Shown: positions 9,532 through 21,885, numbered from the stretch's first letter. The stretch: 64,000 nucleotides of DNA from Coraliomargaritaceae bacterium (GCA_965656495.1 CBFHKU010000001.1:82781-146780); one strand, 5' to 3'. Notes: generated from the letters alone by a model not told the origin. Program-made: numbers and translations.

Positions 9532-10626
9532 ATGGGGAAAAAACGTTATGTTGTCATCATGGCAGGTGGGCGCGGGGAGCGTTTTTGGCCGGAGAGTCGC
9601 CTCGCGCAACCGAAGCAATTGCTGCCGATCGTAGGGGAGAAGGCGATGCTCGCGCAGACAATCGACCGGTTGGAGGGCCTCGTTGCAACGGAGGATATTT
9701 TTGTCATTACCAATGCGGAGCAACGCGAGGCGGTCCTAAAGGTTTGCCCGGAGCTTGACCCCGCGAATGTGATCGGGGAACCGGTCGGTCGTGATACCGC
9801 CGCCGCGGTGGGTCTCGCGACGATTTTGGTGAGGCGATTGGATGCGGAGGCGAGTTTCGCGATGTTGCCCGCCGATGCCGTCATTCATGATGCGGCGGGT
9901 TTGCGTGCGAGTCTGCTGGCGGCATTTGAAGCAGCGGAGGCGGACCCGGTCCTCGCAACGATTGGAATCACCGCGACCCATCCCGCCACCGGTTACGGCT
10001 ATATTCAACAGGGCAAAGCGCGGGGGGAATACGCCGGCAGCACGGTTTACAAGGTGGCGCGTTTTGTTGAAAAACCCGATGCCGCGACTGCGCAGGCATA
10101 CCTGGACGCCGGCGATTATTTTTGGAATGCCGGCATGTTTATATGGTCCGTTAATGCCATCGCGACCGAACTGGAACGGAATACCCCCGGGCTTTGGGCG
10201 GCGCTACAGGCGATTGCCGCGGGATTGGATGCAGGTGAAAATCTCGATGCCCTCCTCGCGGAACATTATCCCGCTTTGGAAAAAATTTCGGTCGATTACG
10301 CCATCATCGAGAAGGCTGCGGAGGTCGTCATGCTGGAGAGCCGTTTCGATTGGGATGACGTCGGCGAATGGCCGGCGGTGGCGCGTCATTACCCGGCGGA
10401 CGAGCAGGGCAATGTCATTCGTGGAACCGCGCATCTCGAGGAATCCAAGGGGAATATTGTTTTTAGCCGTGACCCCGATCACTTGGTCGCGCTCCTGGGG
10501 GTCGAGGATTTGATTGTGGTGAAGACTGATGATGCCACCCTGGTTTGCCATAAGGATCAGGCACAGGCCATCAAGCATATGGTGAAGGCGATTGGTGCGC
10601 AGGCCGCCCTCAAGCATCTGATGTAA
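9532..10626 (+). CDS. manC: Mannose-1-phosphate guanylyltransferase
   Basis: IMAGGRGERFWPESR, EPVGRDTAAA, FVEKP, WNAGMF, ISVDYAIIEK, WDDVGEW. Confidence 0.92.
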   Translation: MGKKRYVVIMAGGRGERFWPESRLAQPKQLLPIVGEKAMLAQTIDRLEGLVATEDIFVITNAEQREAVLKVCPELDPANVIGEPVGRDTAAAVGLATILVRRLDAEASFAMLPADAVIHDAAGLRASLLAAFEAAEADPVLATIGITATHPATGYGYIQQGKARGEYAGSTVYKVARFVEKPDAATAQAYLDAGDYFWNAGMFIWSVNAIATELERNTPGLWAALQAIAAGLDAGENLDALLAEHYPALEKISVDYAIIEKAAEVVMLESRFDWDDVGEWPAVARHYPADEQGNVIRGTAHLEESKGNIVFSRDPDHLVALLGVEDLIVVKTDDATLVCHKDQAQAIKHMVKAIGAQAALKHLM

Positions 10627-10634
10627 ATGCCGCA

Positions 10635-11087
10635 ATGAATTATTTGGGAATCGATTGGGGTGAAAAACGGATCGGGTTGGCGTTTGCGGATTCTCTGGGC
10701 ATCGCGGTGCCTTTGCCCGCCGCGGTGGCCAGTACCAAGCAAGCGCGGATGCAGCAGATCGAAGCCGCCATCACCGAGCGGAAGGTCGATGCCCTCGTGG
10801 TCGGTTACCCCTTGAATATGGACGGCAGCGTCGGCTTTAAAGCCAAGGAAGTGGACGCCTTTATTGCAGTCTTGGAAGGCCGCTTCAAATTACCCGTACA
10901 TCGCCTCGACGAACGTTTGTCGAGTCATTCAGTGGAGCAGCATCTGAAGGGATCAAAGAAAAAACCCGACCGCAAGAGCGGGGCGATCGATTCCAGCGCT
11001 GCCGCGCTCATCCTGCAGGATTTTATCGAAGAGCAGCGTTTCCGGAGCGGCTTTGATGAAGAAGACGAGGGGAACTTTGAACATTGA
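10635..11087 (+). CDS. ruvX: Holliday junction resolvase RuvX / YqgF
   Basis: LGIDWGEKRIGLA, VVGYPLNMDG, DERLSS, DSSAAALILQ. Confidence 0.93.
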   Translation: MNYLGIDWGEKRIGLAFADSLGIAVPLPAAVASTKQARMQQIEAAITERKVDALVVGYPLNMDGSVGFKAKEVDAFIAVLEGRFKLPVHRLDERLSSHSVEQHLKGSKKKPDRKSGAIDSSAAALILQDFIEEQRFRSGFDEEDEGNFEH

Positions 11088-12062
11088 ATATTGAACGTTG
11101 AAGAGGTTGTTCGTTGATGGTTGTTAGTTGGGATTACTCTTAATCTTATTCTTAATCCTAATCTTACTCTTAGGGACGTTGAACCGCGTATTTTTAACCA
11201 CGAATGGACACGAATGGGCACGAATGGGAGGTGGGAGAACTTCCAACATTCAACTAACAACATATAACTCCACACTCCTAATCTTACTCTTAATAAGAAA
11301 AGTGTTGTATTACGTGGAAGCGGCAATCCTGCCGCTTTGGAATCAAGGTTTTGTTTTCACCACCGTGGCGCGGAGAACACGGAGATTAAATGGTGGGAAA
11401 GTGGGAAGGTTGAAGAACTTCGAACATTGAACATCGAACATCGAACGTTGAAGGGAATTTGGTGGTGGGAAAGTATGAAGGTGGGAAGGTATGAAAGTTG
11501 AAGTTCGGCGTTCGAGGTTCGATGTTCAGTGTTCGATGTTGGACGTTTATCCGGTGCTCTGCCCTGAGGCCAGCTTAGCTGGCGACCGCTGATGGGCGCT
11601 TATTTTCGCTAATCCTTAAAATGGAACTATTAGTGTTTATAAGCTAGAATGGGGTTGGCGTTGTAGGTTGTTAGATGGGATCAGTCTTAATCTTAATCTT
11701 ATTCTTACTCTTAGGAACGTTGAACCGCGTATTTTTAACCACGAATGGACACGAATGGGCACGAATGGGAGGTGGGAGAACTTCCAACATTCAACTAACA
11801 ACATATAACTCCACACTCCTAATCTTACTCTTAATAAGAAAAGTGTTGTATTACGTGGAAGCGGCAATCCTGCCGCTTTGGAATCAAGGTTTTGTTTTCA
11901 CCACCGTGGCGCGGAGAACACGGAGATTAAATGGTGGGAAAGTGGGAAGGTTGGAAAGTAGGAATGTTTGAAATATTCAACTTAACCACTTTGTGTCCTT
12001 TGTGCCTCAGTGGTGAGTTCGAAGGGGAGTAAGATTAAGATTAGGATTAAGAGTAAGATTAA
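11063..12062. repeat. Composite intergenic repeat cluster including a ~250-bp near-identical direct duplication (11162-11412 / 11703-11953)
   Basis: Offset of 541 bp. Built from modules (TAATCT)n, (AACATCG)n with an inverted copy, (CACGAATGG)n, GTGGGAAAG units and a GTGG-headed hairpin. Confidence 0.9.
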
Positions 12063-12080
12063 AAGGAGGGAGGGGTGCTG

Positions 12081-13898
12081 CTAATCGCGTTCGCCCTGTT
12101 TGAGTTGGTCGCGGACGGGATCAATATAAATCGAGACGTTGGCTTCTTCGTGCCCGAGTTGTTCTTTGGCGCGTTTGAGGGCCTTGGCAGTTGAAAGGGT
12201 GGGGTTGTGGGGTTCGTCCTCAAAGATGTTGCGGTGCTCGATGTAATCATAGAGACGGGCGTTTTTCAGGACGCGAATGAGGTCGGCCTTCGCTTCGCTG
12301 AGAATGAGGTAACGTCCCTTCTCGTTCATGTAGTGCATGAGTTCTTCGAGTGCCATGACGCCGGAGGCGTCCATGTGATGGGCGTTGCGCATTTTAAGGA
12401 TGACAATCTTGAGGTTGGGGTCTTCGCAGATGCGGCGCATTTGGTCGCGGAAGAGATCGGCGGCGCCAAAGAAAAGTTCGCCCTCGACGTGCACGATGGA
12501 GACTTCGGGGGTATTGCGTTCTTCGGGCTTTGCCATCTCGGCGAGTTGACCGCTGTCGTTGAAGGTGTACTCGACCATTTCCGGGCGGGCGGCTTTTTTG
12601 AGGAAGAGCATGATGGAAATCGCGACGCCGGAATAGATGGCGGTGTCGAGGGGGAGGAGGAGGCCGCTGAGGAAGGTCACCCCAAAGACGATGGCATCGG
12701 AACGGGTTGCGTGCGTGACGATGCGGATGCTCTTTGTGTTGATGAGTGCAATGCCGATCGTGATGACGAGGACCGCGAGCACGCATTGCGGGATATAACC
12801 GGTGAGGGGGCCGATGAGAAAAGCTCCGACCAGAACGATGACGCCGCTGATGAGACTGGCGATGGGGGTGCGGCCCTTGCTGGCTTCGCTGAGGGTGGAA
12901 CGGGTGAGGGAACCCGAGGCGGGCATCCCGGAGGCAAAGGCACAGGCGATGTTGGACATCCCGATGGAGAACATGGCCTGATTGGCGTTGAGGCGTGCGC
13001 CGGTTTTGGCGGCGAGGGATTTCCCGATGGAGAGGCCTTCCAGGACGCAGAGGAGGGCGATTGCGAGGGCGGGGCTGACCAGCATGCTGAGGGATTCGCC
13101 ATTGATGGTGGGCAACCCGAGTTGCCAGGAGCTGGCATCAATGGCGTTGAGGTGCTGGATTCCGGTCGCGGACTCGGGGCCGATTAAGAGGGCATTGAGG
13201 GCACTGACGACCACGAGGCAAATCGCGACATTGGGCAGGAATCGAAGCCGCCAGTTCAGGAGCAGGTAAATGATGGCGGTGATGCAACTGACCGCGATGG
13301 TCAACCAATGGACGGAGTCGACCGAAGCAGCCATGAGGCTGATCGATTCAAAAAAAGTCGCGCCCTTCGCCTCCATTTCAAGGCCGAGGGTCTTGGGGAT
13401 TTGATTGGTGATAATCAAGAGCGCGGCGGCGGTGATATAACCGGTGATAACGGAACGGGAAATATATTGCACCAGGTTGGCGACTTTGAAGTAGGCACCC
13501 ACCGCAATGAAGCAACCGGTCAGGAGAATGAGCAGCGGGACGTAGGTAATTTTTTCAGCCCCGGTAATCCCCATGCTGGCAAACGCGGAGAACAGCATGA
13601 CCGCAGTCGCGTTAGTCGGGCCCAGCGTAATGAATCGGCTCTTTGAAAAGATCGGTGAAATAAGGCACGCCACCGCAGAACCGTAGATGCCGTATTGGAT
13701 CGGGAGGCCTGCGATAAGGGCGTATGCCATGCCCTGAGGGAAGGCGAGGAGGGCAACGTTGATTCCGGCGCGAAGATCACCGGAAAAGTCGCTGCTTTGG
13801 TAGCCCCCTATAGTGTGGCGCAGCGGGAAGAATTGAAGCGCGTTATAGCGTCGCGCTGCTTGCAGGGAACTCTTAAAAAACTCGATAATCGCGGCCAC
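12081..13898 (-). CDS. SulP/SLC26 family anion transporter with STAS domain
   Basis: DLRAGINVALLAFPQGMAYALIAGLP, GPT, SGSLTRS, C-terminal GELFFGAA...DASG. Confidence 0.93.
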   Translation of the reverse strand: MAAIIEFFKSSLQAARRYNALQFFPLRHTIGGYQSSDFSGDLRAGINVALLAFPQGMAYALIAGLPIQYGIYGSAVACLISPIFSKSRFITLGPTNATAVMLFSAFASMGITGAEKITYVPLLILLTGCFIAVGAYFKVANLVQYISRSVITGYITAAALLIITNQIPKTLGLEMEAKGATFFESISLMAASVDSVHWLTIAVSCITAIIYLLLNWRLRFLPNVAICLVVVSALNALLIGPESATGIQHLNAIDASSWQLGLPTINGESLSMLVSPALAIALLCVLEGLSIGKSLAAKTGARLNANQAMFSIGMSNIACAFASGMPASGSLTRSTLSEASKGRTPIASLISGVIVLVGAFLIGPLTGYIPQCVLAVLVITIGIALINTKSIRIVTHATRSDAIVFGVTFLSGLLLPLDTAIYSGVAISIMLFLKKAARPEMVEYTFNDSGQLAEMAKPEERNTPEVSIVHVEGELFFGAADLFRDQMRRICEDPNLKIVILKMRNAHHMDASGVMALEELMHYMNEKGRYLILSEAKADLIRVLKNARLYDYIEHRNIFEDEPHNPTLSTAKALKRAKEQLGHEEANVSIYIDPVRDQLKQGERD

Positions 13899-13991
13899 AA
13901 TTGAAGCAATGACGGAAGCAAAGTTAAAGCGAGCTTCGCTTTGTTGTTAGAACCCCATAATTCTTCATCCAGACCCGCCGTTTGGCAACGT

Positions 13992-14777
13992 TTAATCGCC
14001 CGGATAAAGGCTTGCCATGACCTGCGCGTGAAGGGCGGGTTTCGCGGCAATGATGCAACGTTCGTCAAAGGCATCGCCGCCTTTCCAACCGGTTGCCTTA
14101 AAGCCCGCGCCCTCGAGGCAGGGCAGGATCGCGGCGCAATCCCAGATCTCCATGAGGGGATCGCACATGATATCGATGAAGCCCGAGCACAAGAGGATGT
14201 AGCCCCCCGCGTCGCCCCAGGAGCGGTAGAGCGCGGTCTTGGGCGGGAGTTCGTCCCAACGCGCTTCGTTTTGCCAGAGCGTTGGGCGGATCGGATCGGT
14301 AGTGCAAAGAGTCGCCTCCGCAAGGCTCGCGGTTTCCCGTCCCTGCACCGGTTTGCCGTTCAGGGTGGTGACCTTGCCGTCCCCTAGGATGAGTTGTTCC
14401 GTGACCGGTTGATTGATCGCTCCGATTACGGGGCGACCCTTATAAAGGAGCGCGATGAGCGTCGCAAAAAGCGGCACCCCGGAAATAAAGGATTTCGTGC
14501 CGTCCACCGGATCCAGAACCCAGACAAATTCGGCGTCCTCGCGCACGCGGCCATATTCCTCCCCGATGATCCCGTGTTCGGGATAGCGCGCCTCGATGAT
14601 TTCGCGGATGCGTTTTTCGGCATTGCGGTCGGCGAGCGTTACCGGGGTGGCATCGGACTTGCGCTCGATTTCGACCTCGGGCCCGTAGTGCGGGAGGATC
14701 TCTTTGGCGGCTTCGTGGCAGAGTTCCACCGCAAAGGCTTTGAAGGTTTCGTTTTGTTCAGAGCTGAGTTCAGACAT
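13992..14777 (-). CDS. Inositol monophosphatase family, probable histidinol-phosphatase HisN
   Basis: TPVTLADRNAE, GEEYG, WVLDPVDGTKSF, WGDAGGY, IWDCAA. Confidence 0.8.
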   Translation of the reverse strand: MSELSSEQNETFKAFAVELCHEAAKEILPHYGPEVEIERKSDATPVTLADRNAEKRIREIIEARYPEHGIIGEEYGRVREDAEFVWVLDPVDGTKSFISGVPLFATLIALLYKGRPVIGAINQPVTEQLILGDGKVTTLNGKPVQGRETASLAEATLCTTDPIRPTLWQNEARWDELPPKTALYRSWGDAGGYILLCSGFIDIMCDPLMEIWDCAAILPCLEGAGFKATGWKGGDAFDERCIIAAKPALHAQVMASLYPGD

Positions 14778-14895
14778 GACAATTCATTCGTTCTTGATGG
14801 AACTTGTGCTTTCTCCCCTGCGGAAGCAATCGCAGAAGTTTGAAAAAACGCACTCGGGGTTCGACCTGCGGGAAAGGATTGTCAAGCTGGGCGGT

Positions 14896-15576
14896 ATGTT
14901 GGGAATTCCGATCCACGTCATTGACTTTGAGGGGAGCCGCCGGAGCGGCATCGTGGAGTATGGGGTGGTCACCCTCGAAGGGGCGGCAATCACCGCAGCG
15001 CAGACTCGTTTGTGCGCGCCGATTGGTGCGATGCAGGCGCGGGAAATCCAGCAACACGGCATCGGGGAGAAGCTGCTGGCGGGAGCCAAACCTTTCAGTG
15101 AGGACTGGGATTACTTTGCGGGCCTGCGTGCTACCGGGCCGCTCTGTGCCCACAACGCCGGCTATGAGGCCGCCCTTTTAACGGACGTCTGGGCGTGCCC
15201 GCGCCGTTCGCCCGACTTCGCGCGGCCCGATTCGGATGCCGGTATCGCGGACTGGGGCCCTTGGCTCGATACCCTGCAACTATACCGTCGGCTCTATCCC
15301 GATCTCGAACGACACAACCTCGGCGACCTGATCGGGTTCTTCGATTTGAGCCAAAGCCTTGAATCCTTGGCGGCGGAATATTGCCCGGAAAATCGCCGCC
15401 GGTATCACTCCGCCCTTTACGATGCCCTTGCCTCGGCTTGCCTGCTCTTGCATTTATTCAAAGAACCCGCCTTAAAGGAAATAAGCCTTGTCTGGTTGCT
15501 CCAACAAAGCGCCCCCTCCGGAGCGGCCCGCGAAGCCCTCAGCCAAACTGAATTCCCTGACGATGCCGGATGCTAA
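14896..15576 (+). CDS. DEDDh 3'-5' exonuclease family protein
   Basis: VIDFEG (ExoI), CAHNA, WLDTLQL, HSALYDA. Confidence 0.8.
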   Translation: MLGIPIHVIDFEGSRRSGIVEYGVVTLEGAAITAAQTRLCAPIGAMQAREIQQHGIGEKLLAGAKPFSEDWDYFAGLRATGPLCAHNAGYEAALLTDVWACPRRSPDFARPDSDAGIADWGPWLDTLQLYRRLYPDLERHNLGDLIGFFDLSQSLESLAAEYCPENRRRYHSALYDALASACLLLHLFKEPALKEISLVWLLQQSAPSGAAREALSQTEFPDDAGC

Positions 15577-16543
15577 ACTTATCTTTTTTGGATCGGACGC
15601 GATTTGCCTACCGGTCTTGAACTACCTGCACGGGATCGCGGGACAGGGCGCGGTTTTGCGGGCGGTGGTTTCGCAACCCGATCGCCCGCGGGGGCGGGGC
15701 AAGCAATTACAAGCCAACCCCGCCGCGGCATGGGCGCGGGAAAAGGGGGTGGAATTGCTGCAACCCGCGCAACCCGATTCCGACTTGGCGGATTGGATTC
15801 AGGCGGAGGGGATTCAAGCCTCCCTCGTGATGGCATACGGGCATTTTTTACCGCGGATAGTGCGCGAGGCGAGCCCCGGCGGGATGGTGAATTTTCACGG
15901 CTCCCTGCTCCCCGCATACCGGGGCGCTTCGCCGGTTGAGACGGCCCTTGCGGAGGGTGACGCCGAGACCGGGGTCTGTCTCATGGCGGTGGGCAAGGAA
16001 ATGGATGCCGGCGGGGTCGCGGATGTGGAACGTGTTTGTATCGAGGAAACGGATACAGCCGTCAGCCTGCGCGCCCGCATCGGGGAAGCGGTGGTGCCCT
16101 TGCTCGAACGCAATTTGTCCGACCTGCTGGAAGGTCGGCTCCGCTTTGCGCCGCAGGATCCCGCTGCGGCGACTTATTGCCGCAAAATTCAAAAGAGCGA
16201 CGGGATCCTGGATTTCGATTTGAGTGCGGCGCGTTTGGATTGCCGTCTGCGCGCCTTTACTCCCTGGCCGGGTGGTTCCTTTGAGTATGCGGAAATGACG
16301 ATCAAGGTCGGGCGGGCGGAAGCGATCCCGCGCGGCAGCGAGGCGGCACCCGGTACGGTTTTGTCGGCGGATGCCAATGGTCTGGTGGTGGCGACCGGTT
16401 CGGGGATGCTGTGTCTTTATGAATTGCAACGCCCCGGCGGGCGTATGTTGGCGGTGGGGGAATTTCTGCGCGGGTTTCCCATTGCGGTGGGCGAACGGCT
16501 TACGGGCGCGTGCGCTGCGCCACTGGTGCGCGAAACCCTTTAA
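15563..16543 (+). CDS. fmt: Methionyl-tRNA formyltransferase
   Basis: VVSQPDRPRGRG, NFHGSLLPAYRGASP, MDAG, RAFTPWPG. Confidence 0.95.
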   Translation: MPDAKLIFFGSDAICLPVLNYLHGIAGQGAVLRAVVSQPDRPRGRGKQLQANPAAAWAREKGVELLQPAQPDSDLADWIQAEGIQASLVMAYGHFLPRIVREASPGGMVNFHGSLLPAYRGASPVETALAEGDAETGVCLMAVGKEMDAGGVADVERVCIEETDTAVSLRARIGEAVVPLLERNLSDLLEGRLRFAPQDPAAATYCRKIQKSDGILDFDLSAARLDCRLRAFTPWPGGSFEYAEMTIKVGRAEAIPRGSEAAPGTVLSADANGLVVATGSGMLCLYELQRPGGRMLAVGEFLRGFPIAVGERLTGACAAPLVRETL

Positions 16544-17595
16544 CTCGCGCAACAGCTCCCCTGTTTGGGGCGGCGGTTTCGGAGCCAGGCGCCCAGCAGG
16601 AGCGCGACCAGCAATGCCCCGGCAAAATGTTGCCATATTTGCAACGAGGTCTCGTGGACATGTGAATGCTCCGAAAAATCCCAGTTACCGGAGAGCGCGT
16701 CGAACGCTGCACCCGCGACCCACGCCACCAATAACAGACCCGCGAGGTAGAGCAGGGTGGCGCGTTGCCCGAGCATTTTCCAAGCGGCAATCACAGTGGT
16801 GGTATTGGTCGCCGGTCCCACGATGAGAAAGACCAACGCCGCCCCGGGGCTGAGTCCCGCCATCAAGAGGGCATAGGCGAGCGGAATGGAAGCGGTGGCA
16901 CAGACATAGAGCGGCAGGCTCAAAAGCGTCGCGAGGGTGTAGGCGGCGATGGGGCTGTTGATTTGCGCCCCCAGCCATTGCTCCGGCAGGAGCACCGTCA
17001 GGAGACCCGCGAGTAGGAGGCCCAAGCCCAGCGCGGGGGCGAGGTCGGCGGGGAGGGTTAGGAGCCCGTGCCGTAAACCCGCCTGCAGATTCGGGGATTC
17101 CGGCTTCGCGCAACAAGGGGCGGGGGCTTCCTTGAGCGGGGTGAAAATCGGGGCGCTGACCGGTTTGAAGGTCGGCGTTTCCCGCGCAAAGCGATCAATC
17201 AAAGCGCCGCTCAAAAACCCGCTGATAAAAGCCACTCCGACCCGGATGAGGGCAAAGGGGCCACCCATGAGGGCATAGGTCGCGAGCATACTGTCGATTC
17301 CGGTCTGGGGGGTGGAACTGAGAAAGGCGGCGGTGGCGGCGCGGTTCGCACCGTTTTTGCGCAGGGATCCCGCCACCGGAATGACCGAGCAGGAACAAAG
17401 CGGGAGGGGCACGCCGAGGAGGGCGGCCTTCACCACGCCCGCAAATCCGGGTTTGCCAAGTTGTGCTTGAATGTAGCTTGGGCGAATCAACCAATGCAGC
17501 AGGCCCGCCGCGAGAAAGCCAAAGAGGAGATAGGGCGCCATCGCTGCAATCAATTGCCAGGTCGTTATCAAAAAGAACTGCACTTGGGATGCCAT
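16540..17595 (-). CDS. SO_0444-like / ArsP permease (DUF318), probable metal efflux transporter
   Basis: Multi-TM protein with PLCSCSVIP and LYVCATASIP motifs; Cys/His-rich loops (PCC, HSHVH, SCC). Confidence 0.85.
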   Translation of the reverse strand: MASQVQFFLITTWQLIAAMAPYLLFGFLAAGLLHWLIRPSYIQAQLGKPGFAGVVKAALLGVPLPLCSCSVIPVAGSLRKNGANRAATAAFLSSTPQTGIDSMLATYALMGGPFALIRVGVAFISGFLSGALIDRFARETPTFKPVSAPIFTPLKEAPAPCCAKPESPNLQAGLRHGLLTLPADLAPALGLGLLLAGLLTVLLPEQWLGAQINSPIAAYTLATLLSLPLYVCATASIPLAYALLMAGLSPGAALVFLIVGPATNTTTVIAAWKMLGQRATLLYLAGLLLVAWVAGAAFDALSGNWDFSEHSHVHETSLQIWQHFAGALLVALLLGAWLRNRRPKQGSCCAS

Positions 17596-17686
17596 GTGCA
17601 GAGCTTACGCGAGATGCGCCACCCGAGACAACACGGATTTAAAAATTGGACTTGGCGCGGCGGCGGGATGAATGAATGTTGTTGGG

Positions 17687-18361
17687 ATGCCCAGCTCGAC
17701 GGTCGAGGACTACATTAAACACATCTACGCGCTCGCGGAAGCTTCCGAGAGCGGGGAAGCCCCGATGGGTCGCGTCGCGGAGGCGCTGGGGGTGGTCCCC
17801 GGAACTGCGACCACCATGGTGAAGGCCCTCGCGGAGGCAGGTCTGGCAAGTTATTCCCCGCGCGTCGGCGTGCAACTCACCCCGCAGGGACGCGCCCTCG
17901 CGCTGCACGTCCTGCGCCGCCACCGCCTCATTGAACAATTCCTCGTCGAGGTGCTCGGTTTCGACTGGTCGGAGGTCCATGAAGAGGCGGAATTACTGGA
18001 GCACGTTATTTCCGACCGCCTCCTCGAGCGCATTGATCAACGACTCGGTCACCCCACTGAGGATCCGCACGGGGATCCCATCCCCAGCGCCGAGGGTGAA
18101 TTGCCGCAAGATTCGCTCCAAACCCTTGCGGATTGTGACTTCGGGGTTCCCTACGAAGTGGCGCGGGTTTCCGATCAGGATAATGCCTTCCTCAATTATT
18201 TGACCGAAGTAGGATTGAATCCCGGGGCACGTATTATGGTAACGGCGCGTTCCGCCGGTGCCGATTCCGTGACCCTCGTCGTGGGGGATCCTTCCCGGGA
18301 ACTGACACTCGGGCTCAGCGCCGCCGGAAAACTTTTGGTGCGGGAGGTTACGGAGGTTTGA
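17687..18361 (+). CDS. DtxR/MntR-family metal-dependent transcriptional regulator
   Basis: VEDYIKHIY, RRHRLIEQFL, VHEEAELLEH, DPHGDPIP and a FeoA-like tail. Confidence 0.92.
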   Translation: MPSSTVEDYIKHIYALAEASESGEAPMGRVAEALGVVPGTATTMVKALAEAGLASYSPRVGVQLTPQGRALALHVLRRHRLIEQFLVEVLGFDWSEVHEEAELLEHVISDRLLERIDQRLGHPTEDPHGDPIPSAEGELPQDSLQTLADCDFGVPYEVARVSDQDNAFLNYLTEVGLNPGARIMVTARSAGADSVTLVVGDPSRELTLGLSAAGKLLVREVTEV

Positions 18362-18990
18362 GGGGAGTTGTTCGTTGAAGGTTGTTAGTTGTTCGTTGGG
18401 ATTACTTCTACTCTTAATCTTATTCTTAATCCTAATCTTACTCTTAATAAGAGGTAATATTCACCACGGAGGCGCGGAGAGCACGGAGATTAAATGGTGG
18501 GAAAGTATGAAGGTTGGGATCAGTCTTAATCATAATCTTGCTCTTAATATCGTGGAAGCGACACTCTTGTCGCTTTGCTTGGGCGGCTTGTGAAGGAACC
18601 ACGAAAAGTAAGAAAAGGGTGTTGGGGTCACTGACTTGTTACCATGGGCCCGGCATAGCCGGGAACCACTAATCTTCACTAATAGACACTAATGGGGAAG
18701 GGGTAATGGTGGGAAAGTGGGAAGGCGTATAGGTGGGAAGGTATGAAAGTGGGAAAGTGGGAAGGTTGGGATCAGTCTTACTCTTATTCTTAATCATAAT
18801 CTTAATCACGTGGAAGCGACAATCCTGTCGCTTTGCTTGTTGCTGGAAAGCGACAGGATTGTCGCTTCCACGGCCGGTGGTTGAAGGTCGAACGTTGAGG
18901 GGGAGTAAGATTAAGATTAGGATTAAGAATAAGATTAAGAGATGGTGGTTCCAACGAACAACGAACAACGTTCAACTAACAACCACTAAC
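18362..18990. repeat. Composite nested-palindrome repeat cluster containing a REPIN-like inverted pair (18809-18834 / 18847-18872)
   Basis: Same modules as 11063-12062; perfect 26-bp inverted repeat CGTGGAAGCGACAATCCTGTCGCTTT. Confidence 0.88.
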
Positions 18991-19024
18991 CCCATACTTC
19001 TGTTCCTCTGCTGCTTTGCGTTAC

Positions 19025-19055
19025 AAAAAGGCCGCAGCGGTGAAGCTGCGGCCTT
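19025..19055 (-). terminator. Intrinsic terminator of pnp
   Basis: AAGGCCGCAGC-loop-GCTGCGGCCTT with a U-tract on the minus strand. Confidence 0.8.
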
Positions 19056-19082
19056 GTGTGAATGGATGGGTTGCGTGGCGGT

Positions 19083-21248
<2,166 letters not shown>

Positions 21249-21418
21249 ACTGTTGTTTTTGTTTTGGTATCAATCCACGGCAGTTTGGGGGTAGGACCCT
21301 CGGTGCCGCGGCCGCCCGAGATAAGGTGGACGGCCTGCGAAAAATTGTTTTTTCAGCGAATGCTCAAAAATGATAAAAGCCGGACCTGCATTGCAGGACC
21401 CGGCTGAAAGGGGTGTTT

Positions 21419-21691
21419 TTACCGGCGCAGTTTGAGCTTCTCGAGGATCGCGGAGTAGCGATTGAAGTCGGTGCGCTTGAGGTAGTCGAGGAGTTTGCGA
21501 CGGCGCGCGGTCATGGCGATCAAACCCCGGCGGGAGTGAAAGTCCTTGCGGTGGGTGCGCAAATGCTCGGTTAGGTGTTTGACGCGTGCGGTGAGCAGCG
21601 CGATTTGAACTTCACAGGAACCGGTGTCATTTTCATTTTCACCGAATTCCTTGATGATGGCTTCTTTATTTACAGTTGTATCTTCTGACAT
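21419..21691 (-). CDS. rpsO: 30S ribosomal protein S15
   Basis: [13 protein letters not shown]...[11 protein letters not shown]...RRKLLDYL; upstream of pnp. Confidence 0.97.
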   Translation of the reverse strand: MSEDTTVNKEAIIKEFGENENDTGSCEVQIALLTARVKHLTEHLRTHRKDFHSRRGLIAMTARRRKLLDYLKRTDFNRYSAILEKLKLRR

Positions 21692-21885
21692 GTTTTTTGG
21701 ATGTGATTTCACAACTTTGGAACCCGAGTTTTCGGGGTCGAACCGGTCGCCCCAAGGCCACCGGAACCGTTGAACCCGCCGCATGGCGGGAAGTTGAGGA
21801 GTGAGCGCTTCGCAACGCGCACTCTAACGCTAAGTGGAAGAAAGAAGCGTAAGCGGGGCGAGGGGGCAAGTAAAAAAGGGTTGTT

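Noticed and set aside
10925..11971. ORFs of 76-133 aa in the repeat cluster (e.g. [15 protein letters not shown]...)
   Set aside because: They are translations of hexamer/heptamer repeats, open on both strands; the apparent signal peptides are artefacts of (TAATCT)n.
21712..21796. tRNA gene (cloverleaf-like, contains GGTTCGA)
   Set aside because: No proper D-arm/anticodon-arm geometry or CCA end; treated as an mRNA leader instead.
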